From the NCBI GenBank assembly GCA_002269645.1, contig NIVC01001211.1, positions 62,001-126,000 of the forward strand: a DNA stretch of 64,000 nucleotides, written 5' to 3'. Position numbers and translations under genes: made by a program. The notes under the pieces are model-generated. The model ran no database searches. It was given only the letters and a program-made list of their open reading frames with translations, and had not been told where the DNA came from. Origin of the DNA: Macrostomum lignano (Eukaryota). Position 1 is the first letter of the stretch. Each line of letters opens with the position of its first letter. Positions 38,077 to 48,600 of the stretch are shown here, piece by piece.

Positions 38077-40476
38077 AATCTAGATTTAAGATTGAGGTTT
38101 GCAGATGAGGTTTGATTTCTAGATCTAGAAATCCTAATTTACTGTATCCACATTCTTCCTACTGGGGATCACAAAATCGTAGAGAGATGGGATTTTTGAT
38201 GACTCTACACTCGTTGCCCGTGAAGTGACTGAAAATGACAATGATTTTCTATCAATGCGATATCCAACAATGCGTCCCGTATTATGCATCTCAAGCAACA
38301 TTTTATCCTCTGGCATTATTGGAAGGTTGACTGGAATGCATGATTTAACTTTTCAATAGGATAGGCTTGCATTATTCGTTGGGACGCTGGGTCTAATGGG
38401 ATGCGTTCTTTATGTTTTAAAAGGAGTTTTCGGACTGGAAGTGACCTGCCCCCTCCTTTTCCTTCGCTTTTGCCCTCTTGTACCACTTTTGCCTTCTGCC
38501 TATTACACTTAGGAAAGTTTTAATTACCCTTTGAACATTCTTTCCCTGAGATCAAGGACAACCCAAGTCTGAGACATCTACCCAGTCTACCGTGAGTATC
38601 TAAGTCCATCGTAACTGTTTGTCAGTTACTCCTTAGCACTACAAGGTTCACATACCAGTCCTAAAATATCTTGGGACTACAAGGGTTTTAGTTAACATCT
38701 TACACCGCATTATCTTACACCGCTTGTTAGACCATCACGTGTTTGCATTATTAAATAAATTGTAAGCTTGACACCATCAAGAGATTGACACCATCAGGAA
38801 CGAAGGTCGTACCCTTTTCTAGATTCATTTGTGCCCATAGGATTAGGGGCACTGGTCAATAGGTGCCCAGTCGAGATACGGCACAGACCATAAAATGTAT
38901 ATTTCAGTGATTTCACCCGTCCAAATCACGCTTAAGCTCACATCCTTCACATTCTTACTCTTACAACCCGGTTGGTGAACTGGATGACTGGAGTCTCTTT
39001 GTGACGGAGCAATATCCGCAGAATTGAACTCCTTACAATAATAGAATCATTATAAAAAGCCAACCCCACCCATCAATAGCAACTTCATGCCCTGTAACAA
39101 TAACTTTGCATTTCAACAAAATTATGTTACGTGTATTATAGCAACTTCTGAGGAAATATCGTTTGATCAAGCCTTATATCGAACTACTCGTACTTTAAAT
39201 TTTCAAATAGAGCTGCACCGGTTAATTTTTCAGAATCTTTTTCAACGGCATAATTAATTTTCTTGCAGCTCAAATTAAATACATTTATCAGGGGCACAAA
39301 TTGACCGGAAATTTACATGATTTTACTTTGCACTTTGCCTGTCCCTAGCCCGATGCGCAATTGTGAGTTAAATCAGGCTCAATATCATTCTTGCTGAAAC
39401 ATCAACAGACAGGCTCACAGTATTGGACCGAACTGAAAAAGCACTATCCGGCCTTTTTCGCCGTACAAACAAGAATTTTTATGCTCTAAAGTACGAGTAG
39501 ATTACTATTACCAGTCCCATCGGGCAAATGACACGCGCAGTTCCTTCAGTGCCCAACTGTGAGGACAGGCGCGAACTCGGCTCTTCGTTGACTGACTGCA
39601 GGCGGCGCGGCCTTCACCCGTGACCATGCAGGTCTCAAGGCATGCCCCGAGATGCTGCACCAAGGACCTTGACAACTTGCTTTTCTATTCTGTTAAGACT
39701 GCAGTTCATTTGGAGAAGTGGACACTTAACACCCAGTGCATCTGTGCACACGTGGACATGCAGACTATGCATGTTTGATATGGTATGGTACATGTATAGC
39801 TCAACAAACGTTGATTTTTAACTTGTCTTATAAAGTGTCTTCTAAAAGAGAATTTAACCTCTTTTTCGTTTCTCCCAATTTTTTTATTTCCATATACGAA
39901 TATCCAAGCTGCCGGATCGAGTGAAAAGAAGTGGAAAACAAAAATATCTGAAATAAAGTGAACACATTCTCAAAAGATGGAACAACCGGCCATAAGGAGT
40001 AAAATTGCATATCTTGACCTAGAAATGAACTAACAGATTTTATTTAATAACAATTTGGTGCAGGAAATTGGGGCGCAAGTATAAAGTGCAACACGCACTA
40101 TAACTACATGCGTCTTGAAAAAATAGCTGCCAAAATGATTGCAAAATTCCAGGCACAAAAATAACTGCAGGGATAATTTGCTGTCTTTTGCTGTTTTGCA
40201 CAAGCGTCTTCAAAATCGACAATCTGAAATTAACAACTGACAACCAACGTTCTATCGGGTGTGGGGTGTCCAAGAAGGGCCACACTTTGTGCGCAAACTC
40301 TGGTCTTAAAAATGATTACTTTCTGCAATTTTTTCAGAATTCATTAAACTGTCTTCTCCAATACGGGATAACATTTGAAACCTGCTCAATGTGATGTTCC
40401 GATCCTGACACCTGGCTTTTAAGATTTATTTAACTGGAACTAAATAAATCAAACAAAATAAGCATCAGAAAACCAC

Positions 40477-42624
40477 TTCGACGTCGTCGGTGCTGAACCC
40501 AGCCTTTGTACTGGACGTCGAAACAGTGATGGTCGGAATGCCGACAGATGGCGTCACAGTGGCCGGTTTCGCTCGCAAAGCGGCTCGATTTGCCCGCACA
40601 GCAGTCGGCGGATTCGGCACGATCGGCGGATTCGGCACGGTACGCGGATTCAGCACGGTCGGCGGATTCGGCACGGTCGGCGGATTCGGCACGGTCGGCG
40701 GATTCGGCACGGTCGGCGGATTCGGCACGGTACGCGGATTCAGCACGGTCGGCGGATTCGGCACGATCGGCGGATTCGGCACGGTCGGCGGATTCAGCAC
40801 GGTCGGCGGATTCGGCACGGTCGGCGGATTCGGCACGGTCGGCGGATTCGGCACGGTCGGCGGATTCGGCACGGTCGGCGGATTCAGCACGGTCGGCGGA
40901 TTCGGCACAGAAAAATCGAGTGTCATGGATTCACTCTCGTCCTGAGCGTGTTCTGCTGTGCCGCCAGAAGCCTGCACATTGTGATCATTGTCTTCCTGAC
41001 CATTTTCATGCCCTGGAAGGAACACTAGGTCGAGGCGTGTGTCGTATGCTCGACGCAAAGCTAGTCCTTTTAGCTTTGATGGGTTGCTTAGATGAGGTCG
41101 AAATACCCCCTGAAGTTGGCGATAATTTACTTTCGCACCCATTCCGGCCTTCACTAAAACGGGGCAGGGAGTAAGGAGAAAGTGTTTTAATTGAATTGTA
41201 CTTTGCATAAAAGTTTAACATAATTTTTTGCATAAAACTTTAGCTATTAAGAACATTACGAACTTTGCCATAATTTCAGGATTCGTAATCATGCTGTTTG
41301 ATCCAGGTACTAAAAATTCATTTTCATTAATTTTCAAAAAATTAAACTAACTGTATGCGGCTCTTGCTTCAGCTCGGACTTCTTTTCGCATTTCGTCAAC
41401 AGTAGGCTTCCTGGTAGACACGCCATTGCCAGAAGGCTCTTGGGATGAGAGCAGTTCAAACTGCTGCAAGGAAAGGCGTAGAAAATAATTCAGGGTAATT
41501 TTACCAAAATTGTACTCTGTAATTCAATACAAAAAACCAAGATTTTATAATAAATATTATGTAATTTAAGGCATCTTACCTGGAGAAGGCCATTCGCGTC
41601 GTTAGAGTGCAGTAATGGCAGCACTTCGGGTGATGCGCATGATTTTGTGTTCCTGCCATTACGTCGCTTCACAATAAGCAGCACATGGTGGTCCTTGAAG
41701 AGAGACCGAGCCTAAAAATAAAGTTAACATGCTACACGTAAGAAGTCATCGTCCCTCTAGAAATCAGCGGAAGCCTTCAAAGAAGGAGAAGCCAGGGGAA
41801 ACACATGGGCGTAGCCAGGATTTCTGATTGGGGGGGACGCACGGAAGAGGCGACAATGGGGCGCTAAAATAGCGCCAACTGGGCGCTAAAATAGCGCCAA
41901 ATAGGCGCTAAAGGGCGTCAAATCGGCGCCAAAGGGCACTAAATGGGTTCAAAATGAGCACTTAAGCTGCTCCCCAGGGGCGCGGCCCCCCTTAGCTGCC
42001 TTGCCCACCCTCCCGGGCCCCCCTCAGCGGCCCCACCCCCCAGGCGATTGGGGGCCGCGGCCCCCGCCCCCTGGCTACGCCACTGGGGGAACATGGGGTG
42101 GGAAATTTGACACGCGCCCGCTCCCACTACGACAAGCAACAAATGATCAATGATTTTCAGTGCAGTGTATGCAGTTTGATTCATTTTTACTGGCTAAAAA
42201 GAAGAAATTTATATGACACTGCAATTTATAACAAACCATTCGATCCAGATCTGCGACAGACGGACCGCTCCTCTGTTCGTTGGCAATACTTGCGTAATTA
42301 GCTTTTTCCTCATCAGTAAGACCATTGTAGTAAGCTTTTAGCCGATTTATGTGTTCCGCTGAGAAATTGCCTAAAGTAACGAAAGGAATGATATTAATAA
42401 GTTTTACTACGTAGACGTAGATTACGTATCTAATGTTCACTCTCTCACACACGCACGATGTACATTTAATTTGCGTGACAAATGCAATGCAACATTTTCC
42501 TGACACAGGCACGCTTATCCTATAGGAAAGCCAAAAAGAGAGAAGGAACCTTACGTGTGCCATGTATCTTATACACCCCAGACCAGGCGCTGACCTTACG
42601 CTGCTGGAACACCTTCTTCGTCAT
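40477..42624 (-). CDS. KDZ cargo gene (5' part): HMG-box-like domain, GTF2I-repeat-like segment and (VPNPPT)n tract; probably continues 3' toward ~40.1 kb or beyond
   Basis: Exons 42624-42555, 42370-42237, 41711-41580, 41463-41352 and 41153-40477 are GT-AG and phase-compatible. RKVSAWSGVYKIHGTRNFSAEHINRLKAYYNGLTDEEKANYASIANEQR fits an HMG box. The GTF2I-like call is by eye only. Confidence 0.65.
40600..40910. repeat. Coding 18-bp tandem repeat (ggcggattcggcacggtc)n encoding (VPNPPT)n
   Basis: In frame within ORF 40465-41208 on the minus strand. Confidence 0.9.
41804..42085. mobile_element. hAT-like MITE in an intron of the KDZ cargo gene
   Basis: TIR catgggcgtagccagg / cctggctacgccactg; TSD gggaaaca / ggggaaca (1 mismatch); internal short repeats ggcgctaaaatagcgcc. 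Confidence 0.75.
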
Positions 42625-43769
42625 CTGAAATTGTTTGCAAATATGCTACCAATTTCTAAATAGAGCCGATGGAGTACCATCACATAGAGGGTACAAGGTG
42701 GGGAAATATAGCATTTTGCAGTCAAGTTTGAACAACAGGCAGTCAAGTTAGACGCTAGTGAAGCCGACCGAGTTAAAAAAGCAAAAACTACCTATGGTCA
42801 CAGAAAAAAATCACATTAACTGGCAATCAAGTTAGACAGAAAGCACTCAATCCAGACACCAATTGCTTGTTGAAACCTAATACACGGATGACTTTGAACA
42901 TTCAACAACCTAGCAATTTCAGACACAAGATCACCACGCGGACAAGCCAAGCTTGTACGATTATAGCAAGTATAGCAAGAAGGGTACAGAGGGTATGGTA
43001 GGTAGAAGCCTACCAGCATGGAAGGACGAAATAGAGAGTAGGATCCTAGCAGGCAAGTAAAAGGGTATTGAAGGTATGGAGGGTACAGCGAGTAGGAGCC
43101 TAGCAGGCGGGGAAAGAGGGTACAAAGAGTGGGAGCCACGGGCTTCGAGCCAGCAGGAGGGCAAGGAGGGAATGGGAGATAGAAACCTAGCAGGCGGGGA
43201 AGGGGTGTAAGGAGGGTAAGGATGGCACGTAGTGTAGGAGCCTAGTAGGAGGGCAAGGAGGGTATGGAGGGTTGGAGGTAGGAGGACAAGGAGGGTATGG
43301 AGGGTTGGAGGTAGAGGACAAGGAGGGTATGGAGGGTTGGAGGTAGGAGGACAAGGAGGATATGGAGGGTAGGAGGACAAGGAGGGTATGGAGGGCATGG
43401 AGGATAGGAGCCTAGGAGGAGGGTAAGAGGGTATGGAGGGCATGGAGGGTAGGAGTCTAGCAAGTCTAGCAGGGAGGTAAGAGAATATGGAGGGTAGGAG
43501 GGCAAATAGGGTACGGAGGGTAGGAGGGCTAAGAGGGTATGGAGGGTAGGAGGGCAAGGAGGGTATGGAGGGTATGGAGGGCATGGAGGGTAGGAGCCTA
43601 GGAGGAGGCATGGAGGGTATGGAGGGTAGGAGCCTAGGAGGGGGTAAGAGAGTATGGAGGGTAGGAGGACTAGGAGGGTATGGAGGGTAGGAGGGCAAGG
43701 AGGGTATGGAGGGCATGGAGGGTAGGAGCCTAGGAGGAGGCATGGAGGGTATGGAGGGCATGGAGGGTA

Positions 43770-45466
43770 AGAGCCTAGCAGGAAGATAAGAGGGCATGGA
43801 GGGTAAGAACCTAGGAGGCATGGAGGGTATGGAGGGTAAAACGGCATGGAGGGTAGGAGCCTAGGAGGAGGCATGGAGGGTATGGAGGGCATGGAGGGTA
43901 AGAGCCTAGCAGGAGGATGAGGGTATGGAGGGCATGGAGGGTAAGAGCCTAGCAGGAGGATAAGAGGGTATAGAGGGTAGGAGGACAAGGAGGGTATGGA
44001 GGGTATAGAGGGCATGGAGGGTATGGAGGGCATGGATGGTAGGAGACTAGGAGGCATGGAGGGTATAGAGGGCATGGAGGGTAGGAGCCTAGGAGGCATA
44101 GAGGGTATGGAGGGCATGGAGGGTAAGAACCTATGAGGCATGGAGGGTATGGAGGGCATGGAGGGTATGGAGGGTAAGAAGGACATGGAGGGTAGGAGCC
44201 TAGGAGAGTAGAGACATGGAGGACATGGAAGGCATAGAGGAAAGGAGCCTAGGAGGAGACATAGAGGGTATGGAAGGCATGGAGGGTAGGAGCCTAGCAA
44301 GAGAATAAGAAGATATGGAAGGTAGGAGCCAGCAGGTGGGGAAGGAGGGTAAGGAGGGTATAGACTATAGAGGGTAGGAGCCTAGTAAAAAGAGAAGGAT
44401 ATTGAGGATATGGAGGATAGGAGCCAGCAAGAGGATAAGAGGTCAAGAGGATATATATTATAGAAGGTAAGACCCAGTAGATGGGAAAGGAGGATATAGA
44501 GGATAATGAGGGCATAGTGTTTGGTGGATTAGAACCTAGCAATAGGGTAAGGAAAAATATATAGAAGGTATAGAGGATAAAAGCCTAGTAGGAGAGCAAT
44601 AAGGATATGGGAATCCTTAGGAGGTTAGGAGAGGTTAGGGGGCTAGTAGGAAGGCAAGGAAGGCAAGGAGGATATAGGGATATAGAGAGTAGGAGCCTAG
44701 CATAAGGATAAGGAATATATTGGTAGTATAGACAATAAAAGGACAATATAATATAGATATACCCTATCTGTCCCCTTCTAGGACTATAGTCTAGACTCCT
44801 ATTCTGTCTTCCTTTTCAAAGTTTTTAGCTATAGTTAAGTTAATCCATGACCATATTAATATTTCAAAAGTTTTCCTAATATAAATTAAGGAAAGAAGTC
44901 TTCTATAAGGTCTAGAAGAATTTAAGAATTTAAGAATTTTGCAGAAATAATCAAATATATAGACAATAAATTAAAATCAATTCTTCCTATTTTGGTCTAA
45001 AGGTTTCAAACAATTTTTAGGTAGGCCTAACTTGAAGAAGTTTTGCAGTTTGTCACTCTTAGGTAACATTAATAATATTAATATTTTATTGGTTAGAGTA
45101 AATGGTGATGAATTTGTAAAAGCACCCAAGTAAAAGCATTAATTAATATTTGTCATAGTTATAAAAACCTGTAGCCTGTATACAAAAACTCTCCACACTG
45201 AGGGGAGCCTTGACCTCGAGTAAAGTTTCAAACACATGAAGCACAAGCATAATATATATTTTATGCAAATGAATACGCTAGGCCAGTTCTATACATTTAG
45301 CAACGTGAAATTCAAATAAACGCAAAACATGCTCAATTTAAAAGCATTATGCCCCGATTATATCGGGATGATGACATGTTGCCGACATTCCCGCCATGTT
45401 TTCAACCCGATAACATCGGTAAAAAATGGTACATCTACTCCCGATAAGATCGATGCCACTCGGGTG
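43770..45466 (-). repeat. Right long TIR (near-identical part); the minisatellite extends inward to ~43150
   Basis: Mirror of 30689-~32380. Confidence 0.9.
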
Positions 45467-48009
45467 AATAATCGAAGGAAAGTTTCCTTTCTTCCTTATA
45501 GGTTGGATTTTTGTAGCAGTTGGAGATAAAGGCCAAATCCGATTGACTACTGCTCTTTTTCAAAAGCATTTGTTGCCAGTTCTTGAATCATATTTACAGT
45601 TTTTGTCGGTTTTTCACAGACTTCTGAAGTGTTGTCGGGATAAAGCCGAAAAGGTGTTTATGAAATTTGGCCTGCATTTTTGTTTTATAAATATTAATTT
45701 ATATTAATTGCTCCTGCCTGCTTTCTTCTCTGTGCTTATAGAATTACAACCTAATTGCAAGTATATTTGTTAAATCGGGTTAATATTATATTTCTAATGA
45801 CGCAATGGCTTTAAAGTCATTCGGCGTGACAAGTATATAAGTGTCGACAGTAGACTCGACAGTACTGTAGACTCACAAATCTTCTCTTCTTTACTACTTG
45901 CAAAACGGACTGAACGCACGAAATTTGAGCTTGACCTGAATGTCTACATCATAGATATATGTTTTTAGCTATTTTGGGATGGGATCTCAAAGTTCGCCAA
46001 TAAGTTCGTCACCAAGTTATTGGCTTGACTTGCATACAATAACAGATACATACAGATACAGTTCAGGACGAACATCTTTAGCTTCTTTCCTGTGGCTGTA
46101 ACACCAACGGCGCACCGCTGTAACTTTTTGGTAAGTGCTTTCGACTTTGAGTATATTTTTAAAGAAGTATTTTGTTTTTGTACTTAAAAAATTATCCATT
46201 TAGCTAATATAGTCATGGATAAGCAATTTCTGTTTTATTTCATTTTAGCCAGAGAGGCGAGAGGGTCCTTAAAAACTTATAAATTAAGGATCAATTAAGC
46301 AAGTCTTAAATTTTGTTAAGATTTAGATTGTTCAATAATGCAGAATATATTTTAAATATTTTTATATTGAATTACATTGATTGTAATTGTAAATAGCTTT
46401 ATGTTTTCAATTTTCCTTAAATTGACTATAAAAGATGTAAAAGTAAAAGAAAATAAATCTGGTGTTTTGTAATATACAAATTTTAGTAGCATAGGCAGGA
46501 GACCATGGGGTGCCTGTCCCACCTGTGATATTTGATATTTGCATACTTTGTGTTAGCCAGAGCTGACATTAACATAGTTATATTTGATCCTGGGAAAATA
46601 TTCAATTTAGAATTTTGATTATCCATTCTAAGTAAGTTTTACTATGCTATTTGTAGTAGCTTAACTTAGGCTTTGTGTTTAATATATAGGTACAAGGATA
46701 AACAAATTATTCATACATAAAAATTTGCAACGATGTTTTAAAGTATAGAAGACAATTTAAGGTGTTGAAGTGTGAAGAAGTGTGTTTTACCCAAAAATTA
46801 TTATGAGCATTGAAAAGTTGAGAGTTATATTTCAATTTATGTATAATGCAAGGCATTCTGTGATATATGTATGTTATCTATGTCCATAATACCTAATTAT
46901 CTTTCAATTTTATCAAGTTTTCAATTGTTAAATTTTTCCCACTTATTTTGTTTAGCTAACCTATGTATGTAGCTAGGTGTATATTCTTTATTTTATGAAT
47001 TATTTTCATGATTTGGTTTTTCTTTTACATGTCTAGCAGATCTAGACATTATCATTGGAGCATTGGAGCTAAGTAAATATTTGGAATATCTACCAAAAAT
47101 GAATAGTGGCATTGTTGATTTAGACAAAATGGAATGCCACATGGCATTGAGTTGTGGTATTGCATAATAGAGGATTTCCAGGTATAGTTTGAAACTGCAA
47201 AGATGTTTCATTGGAAGCAGCAACAAAGAATGTCATAGCTGATTGACTCAGAGTATGGAAATGCAGTTTAGGGGAGGGGGGCTAAATCAATACGATTTGG
47301 GCAGAGTTCGGTAGCTATAATATATGACTCACTTCAAGCCACAACCCTGCAACTTATGATGCAACTTGTGCCGCGACATCAGCTATGAAAAATGAAACCT
47401 ATGCCCTCGCTAGGGTGTTTGTGGTTTCCCCCTCTTATCTCAACTTTAGCCTATGCACAGTGGCGCAGGTTGCGTCACTTGTGGCTTGAAGCGACTGAGA
47501 GATAAGAAGAAGTTGCGACTTTTGACTGGTGCTATACATTCAAGAAAATTGTTAGGCACATTGGTTGTATCATGTGCTTTCACACTAATACAGATGAACT
47601 GGTTAGCTTCTTTCTTATATGTTCAACAGCATTAAAAAGTCGCCACCTTTGAGCAGTAGATTCTAGCTCATAAGCTCAGTATTGACTCAGTAGTGATGCT
47701 CAGTAGTGACGCAACTTGCGCCAGAGTTGGGCTGGTTGAGGGGGATTGGGAATGGTGGAGGGCAAATGGATTGATTAAAGCTTCCATCCGGTTTTCATTT
47801 TTTAAAGCATCAAAATGGTTGGCCAGGTGATGGACCCTGGTCGAAAGACACTGCTCACTGGGGGCAAAGGGTTGGCGACTTCTAGAATCTCTGCATACAT
47901 TCTTAAATCTGAAGTCATACTCAAACAAAAAATTGTTACTAGTTAGGAAAGCGGTAAATAAAAATTGCAGTAAATTCGTGAGAAATTAGGATTTTAAGCT
48001 TTGAAGATT

Positions 48010-48600
48010 CTCACCTCTCTCCTCCCTCCTCTCTTCTCTCTTTTCACGTCTATTTTCTCCTACTTTTTTCTCGCTCCTATCTGCTCTCTCTCTTCTTTCT
48101 CAAGTCTAATCTCAAAAATTAAATCTCTATTCTATGCTTCTATGCTCTCCTCTCCTCTCTCTTGTTTCCTCTGTTTCCTCTCTCCTTTTTTCATCTCACC
48201 CCTCTCTCCCCTCTCTCCCCTCTCCCCTCTCTCCTCTCCCCCCCTCTCTCCCCTTTCTCCCCTTTCTCCCCTTTCTCCCCTCTCTCCCCTTTTTCCCTCT
48301 CTCCCCTCTCTCCCCTCTCTCCCCCTCTCTCTCCCTTCTCCCCTTTCTCCCCTTTCTCCCCTTTCTCCCCTCTCTCGCCTTTCTCCCCTCTCTCCCCTCT
48401 CTCTCCTCTCTCCCCCTCTCTCCCCCCTCTCTCGCCTCTCTTTTCTCTCTTCTCTTCTATCTCTTTTCTCTCTCTCTCCTTACTCCTTTCTCCTCTCTCT
48501 CTCTTCTCTCTCCTTCTCTCCTCCTCTCTTTACTCCTCTTATTTATTCTCTCTCTTCTTTACTCTTTTCCATTTAACCTTCTCATAAGTTTTCTCTTAGT
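48010..48600. repeat. CT-rich low-complexity tract
   Basis: Directly visible. Confidence 0.85.

Larger units (their letters stand above)
30689..45466. mobile_element. Complete KDZ-superfamily (Kyakuja/Dileera/Zisupton) DNA transposon, 14,778 bp
   Basis: Perfect 8-bp TSD aataatcg (30681-30688 and 45467-45474) and termini cacccgagtggcatcgat / atcgatgccactcgggtg. The TIRs mirror without indels (paired coordinates sum to 76155 at 30689, 30826, 31613 and 31855). A KDZ transposase lies inside. Confidence 0.9.

Noticed and set aside
39700-39760. HWVL motif as the Ulp1 catalytic His
   Set aside because: It lies downstream of the putative Cys motif, which is the wrong order for a C48 peptidase, and is followed by a stop.
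31855-44300. Pro/Ser-rich ORFs at 31855-32867 and 42961-44300
   Set aside because: Translations of the TIR minisatellite, not credible proteins.
46017-46199. Minus-strand ORF with a helix-3-like VRRWCYSHRK
   Set aside because: Too short and too divergent to call a homeodomain; no supporting exons resolved.
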